From an uncultured Bacteroidota bacterium (lineage in GTDB: Bacteria > Bacteroidota > Ignavibacteria > UBA10030 > UBA8401): a stretch of 64,000 nucleotides of DNA. The notes below the pieces were generated by a model. That model did not search any database. It was not told the DNA's origin and saw only the letters and a list, made by a program, of their open reading frames with translations. Every line of letters starts with the position of its first letter. Positions within the stretch are counted from its first letter, which is position 1. The stretch covers positions 965,798-1,029,797 of the forward strand of contig OY970334.1 of assembly GCA_963717445.1 (NCBI GenBank), in the 5' to 3' direction. Below are positions 36,575 through 45,885 of the stretch, piece after piece. The position numbers and the translations under genes are program-made.

Positions 36575-37611
36575 TATATTTGCGCTCCCAGGCTGATGCG
36601 ATGAGCGCTTCCCAGATATGTCCCCATCGATCCGTAGCTGTAATCGAGAGAGAGTTTTACAGAACCAACAGCTTGCTTCACTCCACCACCGACCGTCAAT
36701 CCTTCATAATCGTAATTGAACTTATACCCTGCTCTCAGTGCAAAAACGCCGGCGAACTCATACTCCACTCCGAGGTGTTCTTGCTGTTCGTAATCATTCG
36801 GCTGGTAGAGGTCAAAGGCGACGCCAATACGATTCTCCTCGTCGGTAGCCAGCAATGCATCTTTTCCAATCAGGTCTGCTGCAACTCCCCACCGGAAGAG
36901 GAGAGGAACAGGGCTGGATTGTATTGCATACGTGACGTTCGGTCCAAAATTCTGAACGGACGCGCCGATTTGAACCGATCGAAAACCAGTGTTGTATCGA
37001 ATTCCAAAATCGTAGATCACTCCGCTGGCCCACGTTTTCACTTCCTCAAACGAACCCTGACTTACCTGGGCCAAAACCATCTGCCCATTGTATAAAGATT
37101 CATGAGCATATTTTACCGTCAACCCTGTTGAAAATTTGTCGGTGAGGCTTCGCGCATAGCTCAACCCCACAAGATAACTGAACGGGTGGAACGTGTTCCC
37201 GGTCAATCCCGGGTTGACTTCCTGATTGATATACGGACGCGTGGCAACAGCTTCATCAAATTCTCCATAATCAACGTATTGAATCTGGAGGCCGAGCGCG
37301 CCAAGATTCCCGATCGGTGTAGCGTATGACAACGCTCCCTGACGCGTATCAAAAATCCATTGGATAAAGGTCGACGAAAATTCCTGAGTTTCCACGAGCG
37401 CCAGACCGCTCGGGTTCCAAAAAACTGCGTCGGCCCCTGACGCCCAGACACTGTATGCGTCGCCTAATGCAGTTGCTCTCGCAACGGGCATCACTTCCAA
37501 AAATTGCATCGAAGTGCTTCCGACTTTTTGTGAGAATGCATTAGACGATAACATGGCTAAAGCGACAATCGGCAAGGAGTTTTTTATCATTCTGTTCATC
37601 GTTGCGATCAT
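36574..37611 (-). CDS. Outer-membrane beta-barrel protein, FadL/PorV/PorP-SprF-like; candidate partner of the adjacent type-B sorting-domain protein
   Basis: Signal peptide, then ARATALGDAYSVWASGADAVFWNPSGLA. About 345 aa and ends in an aromatic-rich strand. It lies 5 nt downstream of the type-B sorting-domain gene. Confidence 0.45.
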   Translation of the reverse strand: MIATMNRMIKNSLPIVALAMLSSNAFSQKVGSTSMQFLEVMPVARATALGDAYSVWASGADAVFWNPSGLALVETQEFSSTFIQWIFDTRQGALSYATPIGNLGALGLQIQYVDYGEFDEAVATRPYINQEVNPGLTGNTFHPFSYLVGLSYARSLTDKFSTGLTVKYAHESLYNGQMVLAQVSQGSFEEVKTWASGVIYDFGIRYNTGFRSVQIGASVQNFGPNVTYAIQSSPVPLLFRWGVAADLIGKDALLATDEENRIGVAFDLYQPNDYEQQEHLGVEYEFAGVFALRAGYKFNYDYEGLTVGGGVKQAVGSVKLSLDYSYGSMGTYLGSAHRISLGAQI

Positions 37612-37615
37612 CCGA

Positions 37616-39859
37616 TCAATGAATTATCACAAATTTACCATGCGCTCTCTCCCCGGTCGCTGCATCATCCACGGTAAAGAAGTAAACGCCGGAGGCCATC
37701 AGTTGATTATTCCTCGTGATCTGGAACCATTCCTGAGAATACCCTGACGTTGGCGGAGTATCATGCAGAATCGTCTGGACGAGCGCGCCGCTGTAAGAAA
37801 AAATTCTGATCGTACACTTTTGCGTCAGACCGAAAAATCCGATCATGTCGTTGAAGTCACCGTTGGTTGATGTTCCGACAGCGCCGTTTGTCACGATAAG
37901 CGGATTTGGAACAACCCACACTTTGCCGAGCGTTGTCGCTGCCGGACTTTGCGTGTTGTGCAATGTAAGATTCGTTACTCCGCTTCTCATCCCGAGCGCA
38001 TCGACCGAGTAGATAATATAGTACGCGTCTTCGCCGGCATTGCTATCGCGGTCATAGAGCAAGTAGGTGGAATCTCGCCAGTAGCGTGGATCTTTTTTCC
38101 CAACGCTGTCCATCAAAGTCCAGGGGCCAAGTGCGCTTATAGAACGATATGCCAGGTAATAGCTGAAAGGAGCATGCAGTTTCTGAGTCGTGAATGATTC
38201 CACCTCGTCTCCCCAGAGAATCCTGTTGACCCCGGCGCTTGTATTTTCTACTGTGAACACCGGTGCAGGCACCGGTATAGGAATCGAATTTGCGTACTGC
38301 CCGGTCTGGGGCGTGAACCGCGGATCGAATTGAACCGAATCATACTTCACCGGTTTGGCTGAACCCGTGTACATTTGTATCGCCCTGTCGGCCACATCTC
38401 TGATTGATACAACGCCGGGAGTGACATACCAGGGCAGTTCGTGAGTCTGAAGATATGTGCTTCCAATGACAGGAGGATTGCCGCCGGCAGACCCGTAGGT
38501 CAGTATGTTGTACCAGCTCGAGACGGGGTGAAAAACGTTCCCCGATGTCTCGACACCGCCTCCCATGTCGATGTAGACTGTATCACCGGCATCCCCTGCG
38601 CCATAACCCACTACCTCCGCAATTGTAAAGTGAAGATGTTCATTCGGTGGAAAAGTGTACGGCCCGAAAACATATCCGTGAACTACTGGTTGCTTCCAAC
38701 CAAGATTTGAGGATGGTTTAGCCCTTCCTTTCCAATACGCCCAGTCGTTTGCATTACCTGGGTAGAAACTTGTCGAATCCGCTGTCCCGCCGAATGCTTG
38801 AGTCTTGCGCGTAACAATATCGGTCCATGATTCTATCTTTGTGATATCGACATTCCGATTTTCGTAGCGATTGGTATATGGCTGTTTGAGCCGGTTCGTT
38901 TCATCCCACACGTAAGCACTGTCTGCCGCCGCTGGATAATTCGTCTGACCTCGCACAGCAAGATGATCATGATCATAGTACAATGGAAGGAAACCCACCG
39001 CCTGCGGCGAGTCCAACCCACCCCGATCACCGGGTTCGGACCAGAGGTCAAAAAAATCAGGGTCGGGTTTGCCGATTCTCTCTTGATTGTATGACATCCA
39101 ACGCTTCAAATCAAAGCGAGCGTACATATCCTTTGCTCGCATATCATTGCTTTCCGACCATTCGTTGTATAACCTCTCGTACCCGAACATCGAGGGGCAC
39201 AGTCCGTATCCCCATCCAACAAATGCATCGGTGATAGGGTCGGAGTTTGTGCTTACCAAATCGTATTCATAAATAATGAAACAGTTGTATCCCGGATAAC
39301 TCCATGCCCTGCTCGTTCGCGTCACTGAAATATTGAGGGGAGTGGTCCACGTCGCCACGATAATTTCCTCAGCCTCGTTGGGATTGTATGCCGGATTCAG
39401 TGATCCGTTTTCTAAGACCGGAAAATTTTCCGTGCGGGATATCGATCCTGGAAAACTGTAAACGCCCGCAACCGGAACCGTTTGACCGTCGCCCGCAGTC
39501 GCAATGGCACCACACGCGACAGTTTGGCGCGTTCCGTCAAGTGCCCCTGCAAGGTAAAGCCCGCCTCCCATGGAATTGTGCTGCCCCGCATATTCTCTTT
39601 TGTTGATGATGAGTCGGGAATTCGGCGGCCATTCCATCGATGAAAAACCGGCGGTCATTCCTGTTTGTCCGCCATCGAAAGCCCTTCCTAACTCACCGGT
39701 GTTATAGACAGTCTGATGAAGCATACTGCGGGTGTGAGTTTGGGGAGTCCGGTCTTGCGCACGCACAACCGAAACAAAGAGCGTCAGGAAAGCAAAAATC
39801 GTTGCTGATATTTTCATAGTCATGCCCTGCATCAGATTCCAGGCATACTCAAAATTCAA
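37616..39859 (-). CDS. 747-aa secreted protein of unknown function with type B T9SS C-terminal sorting domain
   Basis: Signal peptide MKISATIFAFLTLFVSVVRAQ. The C-terminus VVPNPLIVTNGAVGTSTNGDFNDMIGFFGL...CTIRIFSYSGALVQTIL...GVYFFTV fits the type B pattern PNxxxPNGDGxND...IFNRxG. No catalytic motif I recognise. The start overlaps the upstream TonB receptor by 11 nt. Confidence 0.55.
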   Translation of the reverse strand: MNFEYAWNLMQGMTMKISATIFAFLTLFVSVVRAQDRTPQTHTRSMLHQTVYNTGELGRAFDGGQTGMTAGFSSMEWPPNSRLIINKREYAGQHNSMGGGLYLAGALDGTRQTVACGAIATAGDGQTVPVAGVYSFPGSISRTENFPVLENGSLNPAYNPNEAEEIIVATWTTPLNISVTRTSRAWSYPGYNCFIIYEYDLVSTNSDPITDAFVGWGYGLCPSMFGYERLYNEWSESNDMRAKDMYARFDLKRWMSYNQERIGKPDPDFFDLWSEPGDRGGLDSPQAVGFLPLYYDHDHLAVRGQTNYPAAADSAYVWDETNRLKQPYTNRYENRNVDITKIESWTDIVTRKTQAFGGTADSTSFYPGNANDWAYWKGRAKPSSNLGWKQPVVHGYVFGPYTFPPNEHLHFTIAEVVGYGAGDAGDTVYIDMGGGVETSGNVFHPVSSWYNILTYGSAGGNPPVIGSTYLQTHELPWYVTPGVVSIRDVADRAIQMYTGSAKPVKYDSVQFDPRFTPQTGQYANSIPIPVPAPVFTVENTSAGVNRILWGDEVESFTTQKLHAPFSYYLAYRSISALGPWTLMDSVGKKDPRYWRDSTYLLYDRDSNAGEDAYYIIYSVDALGMRSGVTNLTLHNTQSPAATTLGKVWVVPNPLIVTNGAVGTSTNGDFNDMIGFFGLTQKCTIRIFSYSGALVQTILHDTPPTSGYSQEWFQITRNNQLMASGVYFFTVDDAATGERAHGKFVIIH

Positions 39860-42800
39860 GAATCAGTCCGAAATTATAGGACCGTGGTGAATTGTCATAA
39901 ATCAAAAACGACTGATCGACGGGGAACGAAGTGGCTTTTATCGAATTCGTCGCATTCCAATAGAGCACGCCGTGCTGCGGGTCGTTGATCGTATAGTTTT
40001 CGTACGGCTGAATATTTGGGTTCGTCTCTCCCGCATTCGTTGCTGCAAACAGGTAATCGTAATTAAGAATCTTGTCGTTGAAGACGTTGAACACCTCAAT
40101 GTAAATCGTTCCCTTCGTACCGAAGAAATCATCGATCGTTCTCGTCAATCGCAAATTTGTGTTATATTCCGCCGGCGTCCGAGCACCGTTAATAAGCGTG
40201 ACATCTTTGGAAGAAGTGTAGGGACGACCACTCCGGGCAAAAGAACTAAGAGAAAGGGTAAAATTTTCAAGCGGACGCCCGCCGAACATCTCCGGCCCAA
40301 ACTCCTGCGGCGTGGTGTATTCGAGTGTGATGATAAGATTGTTCGTCCTGTCGAAATCGAGAAGGATATCCCTGCTGGGAACGTCGGACAAATCCGTCGT
40401 CACCTCGCCGAGCGAATCTTTTCTGAAAATCGGCGGCGCGCCTGAAACTGTTGCGCTTTTGCCCGTCGCAACGCTATACTGATAGCCGATCGTTCCCGTA
40501 AAGTTTCCTTTTCTTTTTGCTAATGTTGCACGGAATCCTCTGATATCGGCATAGTCCCTATTGTAGTATGTGTTGTACGTAACTGCGCTTGTGACGTCGG
40601 TGAAGGTCGCCTGCTCGATAAGGTTTTTCACATCTTTGTAGTACCCGCTCACGTCGAGCGTGAACCCCTCCCCCAACCCTTGCATGACCCCGATATCGTA
40701 ACTGTTGGTCGTCTCGGGCTCGAGCCGGGGATTTCCCAGCGTGACAGGAGTATTGAATTGTGGTTGCACCGTTGTCGCAACGATGTATTGAAATGAAGGC
40801 CTTTGCATGAACGAGCCGTAGTTGAGATGAAAAACCGTGTTAACGGAAACGGGAAACGAAATGCCGGCCCGGGGTTGCAACCGTCCTATGAGGGGTGTTC
40901 TTGCTCTTTCGGCATCCACGATACTTCTCGCAACGACATGGCCGGAGTCGTTCACGATAGCGAACGGGTCGAACTCATTCACAAAGTAATCTTGGTTTGA
41001 ATTCCACATATCGAACCGCAAGCCGATGTTCGCAATCATCCCTTCAAATTCCATCTTGTCTTGGACATACAGTGCCCCTTCGACCGGCTTGGCAGAGTAA
41101 TTTGCTTGCTGGAGTGTGGAGCTGGTGTTGATATTGTCGTCAGCTTGGATTGAGTACGAATTGACCTGGATGCCGCCATTGAGCAGATGCGACTTCGTCA
41201 CTTGACTTGTGAGAGAAGCTTCGAAAGAGACTGTCAGCGTTTTCTCATCTCTGAAGTCGTCGTTTCCTTTCAGGTACGTGAAAAGGTCTGGCCCGGTTAC
41301 AGGAGCCGTGATGACTGTGTTTGTGTTTTCCGGATTCACGATGAGGGAATCGGGAAGTGAGCTAGGCCATGGAGTAGAACCGAGGTTCAGCTTTGTTGAA
41401 AGAGCATTCATTTTCAGTTCGTAAAACGTGCTGGGGCTAAGGGTTTTCGAGAAACGTGCCCCCATTTGCCCGTTCTCCGTTTCTTGATATTCGATGCCGA
41501 GCGTCCTATCCCACAACCAGTTGTAGAAGCCGAGGCCATCGGAACTCGGGAAAACATTTGTGTTGCCCATGGAATAGCCGCCACTGACGAGCAACACCGC
41601 ACCCCCTCCAAAATCGGTAGAGATGTTTCCCATGAACTGCCGGTCTACGTCAGGTTGCTGGGTTGGGAATTCCGGATTGACGACGTTTGAACGCATCGCA
41701 ACGAACATCGTCATCATATCGTTGAGCGGACCGCCCGAGCTTCCTTCCACAGAGTAATCGATGTTATTTCCATAGTCTTGGAAGAGGTCTCTTTTCATCT
41801 GCATACGCCAGAGCGTGTACGCTACTTGAAGCATCACGGCCGTATCCTGAGCGTAACGGTTTATAAGTCCCGAACCCATGCTTGAGATCAGCGGTTGGTT
41901 GCTGTTTTCAGGATCACCGGTCAACCAAAAATTCTTGTTGAGTAACTTTGAGAGATACGGATTGCCGGTCGTATCATAAACGCTTGGCCCAAAGGTCTTT
42001 CGCCCCGGCGCTCGAACCCGAGCCTCAACAGTCGTCCTCCATTTGTCCGGCTTTCCTTCCTTCATCGTGATATTGACAACTCCGGACTGGGCGTTTCCAT
42101 ACTGGGCCCCGAACCCGCTCGTGACAACTTCTACCTCCTCCACTGCGCTCAAGATGGGAATGAATGCCGATGTGGCGTCAAACGGGTTGACAATTCCCAT
42201 CCCTTGCAGTGTGTAATATTCTTCGCCGGTCCGACCGCCACGAAAATGGCCATCGGTAACATCGGCAGCGAGGCCGATGACATCTGTAACATCCCTCATC
42301 CCGGCAATTTGTTTCACATCATCGGTCCGGACAATTTCGCTCGTGGAAGTTTTTTCAGGTTGAACGTCGGGCCTCGTTGCAACCACTTCTACAACTCCTT
42401 GCGTCAGGGTTGTCGATGAGAGAGAGAAATCGACCGTCGTCGTTCTATCGGAGTTAATGATAACTCCATGCTCAAGCACCTTCTGGTAGCCGACGATTGA
42501 GGCCTCAACGTCATAGACGCCCGGAACTAAATTCAAAATAAAGTATGATCCATCGACATGTGTTGCCGCTCCCAATTTTGTGCCGACGATAACGACATTG
42601 CAGCCGATGAGCGGTTCCTTCGTATCGCGGTCGACAATAGTCCCTGAAAGTTTCCCGACAGTTTGGGCAGAAAGTGAACCGGCGGTGAAAATCAGAATGG
42701 CAATGATGCAGAGGAGAATCCGATTCTTCTCAAGGCCATAGCAACACCGACGGTAAATCATTAAACCATTGGCACGATGCATCGTTCGAACACCATCCAT

Positions 42801-42869
42801 GCTCATAGTTCGTTTTCTCCGGGGGGAGTCATTGTATCGTGACGGCTCCGTGGTTGATGTTCGGACCAT
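39849..42869 (-). CDS. TonB-dependent outer-membrane receptor (CarboxypepD_reg + plug + barrel)
   Basis: Signal peptide, then TVGKLSGTIVDRDTKEPLIGCNVVIVGTKLGAATHVDGSYFI (CarboxypepD_reg-like), a plug, and a long barrel ending ...NFGLILEF with a C-terminal aromatic. The track start is over-extended; the real start is probably MIYRR or MSMDG. Confidence 0.8.
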   Translation of the reverse strand: MVRTSTTEPSRYNDSPRRKRTMSMDGVRTMHRANGLMIYRRCCYGLEKNRILLCIIAILIFTAGSLSAQTVGKLSGTIVDRDTKEPLIGCNVVIVGTKLGAATHVDGSYFILNLVPGVYDVEASIVGYQKVLEHGVIINSDRTTTVDFSLSSTTLTQGVVEVVATRPDVQPEKTSTSEIVRTDDVKQIAGMRDVTDVIGLAADVTDGHFRGGRTGEEYYTLQGMGIVNPFDATSAFIPILSAVEEVEVVTSGFGAQYGNAQSGVVNITMKEGKPDKWRTTVEARVRAPGRKTFGPSVYDTTGNPYLSKLLNKNFWLTGDPENSNQPLISSMGSGLINRYAQDTAVMLQVAYTLWRMQMKRDLFQDYGNNIDYSVEGSSGGPLNDMMTMFVAMRSNVVNPEFPTQQPDVDRQFMGNISTDFGGGAVLLVSGGYSMGNTNVFPSSDGLGFYNWLWDRTLGIEYQETENGQMGARFSKTLSPSTFYELKMNALSTKLNLGSTPWPSSLPDSLIVNPENTNTVITAPVTGPDLFTYLKGNDDFRDEKTLTVSFEASLTSQVTKSHLLNGGIQVNSYSIQADDNINTSSTLQQANYSAKPVEGALYVQDKMEFEGMIANIGLRFDMWNSNQDYFVNEFDPFAIVNDSGHVVARSIVDAERARTPLIGRLQPRAGISFPVSVNTVFHLNYGSFMQRPSFQYIVATTVQPQFNTPVTLGNPRLEPETTNSYDIGVMQGLGEGFTLDVSGYYKDVKNLIEQATFTDVTSAVTYNTYYNRDYADIRGFRATLAKRKGNFTGTIGYQYSVATGKSATVSGAPPIFRKDSLGEVTTDLSDVPSRDILLDFDRTNNLIITLEYTTPQEFGPEMFGGRPLENFTLSLSSFARSGRPYTSSKDVTLINGARTPAEYNTNLRLTRTIDDFFGTKGTIYIEVFNVFNDKILNYDYLFAATNAGETNPNIQPYENYTINDPQHGVLYWNATNSIKATSFPVDQSFLIYDNSPRSYNFGLILEF

Positions 42870-44439
42870 ATTGTATATCTATGTTCGATTTTGACCCGGT
42901 CAAGTTCATCAGAATTACGTCTCTCGTTTTTCGTCCGTCGGCATAAACCATGGGCAATATTCCGCCGAACGTTTGCATACCGTTCACATTGATCTTTGAA
43001 CAATCAAGAATAGAAAGGAGCGGTCCCCATTCCGGCCGTACAGCAATGTTTCTGAACTCAATCATATCGGCATCACTACAGGCGATCCCTTTGGTCGAAA
43101 CGATAGCGATGCTGTCGAACGTGACATCCTCAACCGGCATTTCCGGTAGACCCAGAATTTCGATCGCTGCTTTCTTTCCGTACGAGCACGAAATATTCGA
43201 ATAATGAATGTCTCTGATTCTCGGTGTAGCGTTTGTCACCGCTTCGGCGGGAAGCCGGCTCCCTGTGTAGAGCATATTGATTCGGAGTGCCTCTTGCTGG
43301 ACAGTATCCGCAGAGAGGTTACGGAACCACATTTTTTCGACCGTCCCGCCGCGCCCTCGCGCAGTCTTGATTCGGACAATGCGTTCAGTTCCATGAAAAC
43401 GGCAATCAAAGGCATAAACGTTGCGAATGCCCCCCAACGTCTCGCTCCCGATGACGATACCTCCGTGTCCTTGTAGTCCTACACAATGACGTATGACGAC
43501 ATCCTCTGTCGGAACGTCCACGCGCATGCCATCTTTATCCCGCCCTGATTTAATCGCTATGCAATCGTCGCCCGTGCAGAATTCGCAATATTCAATCAAG
43601 ACATTCTTGCATGAAGAGGGATCGACACCATCGCCGTTCGGCGTGCGGCCGTATGGCCCATCCGTAATAATCTTCACTTTACGAACGATGATGTTCTCGC
43701 AGTATGTAGGAGTGATGGTCCAAAAAGCGCCGTAAAGAAATGTGACACCCTCGACCAGAATATTGCTGCAATTCATCGGCTGGAAAAATGCAGGCCGCAG
43801 AACTCTTCCGTCGGTTCCGTCAAACACCCGTTCTCGAATCGGCACATTCTTGTCGACCATCATCGCGAGTTCCTGTGAACCTTTCTTGGAATTCTTCCAA
43901 TTCCACCAAGGCTTTCCCTGGCCATTGAGGGTGCCCTCTCCCGTGATCGCAATGTTGGTTTTGTGATCGGCGTAGATGAAAGCGGAATATTTGTAGCATT
44001 CCGTGTCCTCATGTCGCGAGAATACAGCGGGCAGATAATCGTTCGGATCCTGACTAAAAAGAAGTTCAGCCCCCTTTGCAATGTAAAGGTCAACGTTGCT
44101 CTCCAGGTGAATGGCTCCCGTTAACCATCGCCCCGCTGGAACAACGACCCTTCCTCCCCCCGCTTTGGAAGCGGCGTTGATCGCTTTGCGAATTGCTTCC
44201 GTGTTTTTTACCACGCCCCCTTCCTTTGCACCAAATTCTCTGATATTGTAAATTCTATCCGCGAAAAAAGGGCGAGCAATTTGAGGCATTTCAAACGGAG
44301 CCTCAATGGGAAGGATTTGGTCGGGAGCGCCCGAGAGAAGAATTCCGGGCTGTTGGGCTAATGCTTGAACGAATCCGTAGAAGAAAAGCGAGGTCGCCAG
44401 ACGAGAGTGGAGATATTGTGTCCGGTGCAGAATCATCAT
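42829..44439 (-). CDS. Glycoside hydrolase family 28 (polygalacturonase / rhamnogalacturonase-like)
   Basis: NGDGVDP, GDDCIAIKSG, GHGGIVIGSE and RIKT are present. It has a signal peptide. Confidence 0.75.
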   Translation of the reverse strand: MMILHRTQYLHSRLATSLFFYGFVQALAQQPGILLSGAPDQILPIEAPFEMPQIARPFFADRIYNIREFGAKEGGVVKNTEAIRKAINAASKAGGGRVVVPAGRWLTGAIHLESNVDLYIAKGAELLFSQDPNDYLPAVFSRHEDTECYKYSAFIYADHKTNIAITGEGTLNGQGKPWWNWKNSKKGSQELAMMVDKNVPIRERVFDGTDGRVLRPAFFQPMNCSNILVEGVTFLYGAFWTITPTYCENIIVRKVKIITDGPYGRTPNGDGVDPSSCKNVLIEYCEFCTGDDCIAIKSGRDKDGMRVDVPTEDVVIRHCVGLQGHGGIVIGSETLGGIRNVYAFDCRFHGTERIVRIKTARGRGGTVEKMWFRNLSADTVQQEALRINMLYTGSRLPAEAVTNATPRIRDIHYSNISCSYGKKAAIEILGLPEMPVEDVTFDSIAIVSTKGIACSDADMIEFRNIAVRPEWGPLLSILDCSKINVNGMQTFGGILPMVYADGRKTRDVILMNLTGSKSNIDIQYGPNINHGAVTIQ

Positions 44440-44741
44440 TGATTGTCACTCTCACGCTGTACCAAGGTTCATTAGGCCTGTTGCTTAATGGTAAAAAATG
44501 AATCTTTATGATTTGCTTTGTGGGATCGGGACCCGCTCGTTGTGGAGATGAATGAGTCGCGCTTACATTACTATTATAGGCTGCCCCATATAGTAGCTAC
44601 TATGTTGAGAATTGTGATGTAGGCTGGAGCATCTCCCTATGAGCAATACAGAATGATTTTACTACGCTATGACTGCCGGACAACTCGCGAAAAAGAGAAT
44701 ATTGAGGGTTTCGATGAAAGTTTTGGAAATTATGGGCAAAC

Positions 44742-44784
44742 TTTACTTTATCGTTTACTTTACCGTTTACTTGCTTGGCAAGCA
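44742..44784 (-). promoter_or_regulatory. Conserved upstream motif, tandem degenerate copies (TTTACTTTATCG TTTACTTTACCG TTTACTTGC) followed by the palindrome TGCTTGGCAAGCA, ~300 bp upstream of the GH28 gene at the head of the 24.6-44.4 kb gene array
   Basis: Read directly from the sequence. It shares the ATCGTTTACTTTACCG core with copies 1 and 2. Confidence 0.4.
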
Positions 44785-45162
44785 TACAAAAGATTTTATT
44801 GTATGTCAAGTCTTTTTTTAAAAAATCACTTTTTTTATAGCTATCGGAAATCCACAGCGGGGACAACCGGACCCATGCAAACATGGATTGTTTTGAGGGG
44901 GCAAATCAATATGAGCTTGGTTTTTAACGCCCTAATGTCCATGTGATTTCGAGCGGGCATACTGCAGCACGATGAAAGAAGTGAACGATGACTGTCCAGA
45001 AGAAGCTTGAAGCCTTTCGACGTTCTCGACTTGAGGTGCGTTCAAATATCTATACTTCTTATCGTAATAGGATCAGTCATACCAAAAGCAATAATTTTAC
45101 ACGGCCATATTTCAATACATCCTCACAATGTCCACGCTCAAAAATGGTACTGTTCGAATGTA

Positions 45163-45804
45163 TTACTTCGTCGATGCATAATACCCGCACACCGTATTCA
45201 CCACGCATTCTTCGCATTTTGGATTTGTCGGACGGCAAATTTCCCGGCCGAGAAAAGAAAACGCCATCCCCGCATCATTCCAATTTTCCCGGGGGAGAAC
45301 TTCCATGAGCTGGTTCTCAATTTTTTTGGGGTCCGTTCCGGCTGCAACGCCGAGCCTCGGCGCGACACGAAGAACATGCAAGTCTACAATAATTCCTTCC
45401 GCTTCGCCTCCCGATTCACGGATGATGACGTTGGCGGACTTTCTTCCTATACCGGGAAGCGAAGTCAACGCATCCATTGTTGCCGGAATTTTATCGTCGC
45501 TGCCGACAGTTTTCGCAAGAGTCATGAGCCACTTCGTTTTGTTCGCAAAATTCCGGACTTTTCCGATGAATTTAATCAACTCATGAGATTTCGCTTTCGC
45601 GAGCTCTTTCATCGATGGGAATGCTTTAAACAACGCCGGCGCGAGTTCATTGATATGCTTATCGGAATCCTGCGCGGAAAGAATCACCATCACAAGCAAT
45701 TGGTAGCGGTTGTTGTAATCAAGCGGATGCTTTTTCCCTTTATATTTTTTAAAGAGAAGCTGAAGTGCGTCAGCCCAATTCACAATACGGGATTGTTTAG
45801 CCAT
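45163..45804 (-). CDS. nth: Endonuclease III (DNA glycosylase / AP lyase)
   Basis: HhH-GPD blocks LLVMVILSAQDSD and LPGIGRKSANVII, plus the C-terminal 4-Cys [4Fe-4S] cluster CxxxxxxCxxC...C. ATG verified at 45802-45804. Confidence 0.85.
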   Translation of the reverse strand: MAKQSRIVNWADALQLLFKKYKGKKHPLDYNNRYQLLVMVILSAQDSDKHINELAPALFKAFPSMKELAKAKSHELIKFIGKVRNFANKTKWLMTLAKTVGSDDKIPATMDALTSLPGIGRKSANVIIRESGGEAEGIIVDLHVLRVAPRLGVAAGTDPKKIENQLMEVLPRENWNDAGMAFSFLGREICRPTNPKCEECVVNTVCGYYASTK

Positions 45805-45885
45805 AACACGCGTTCCTTTCAAATGTTAATGAAATCTATTGGCCCCATTCTTCCCTTGAAGAGGAGGGATAAAGGGAGGGCTCCT

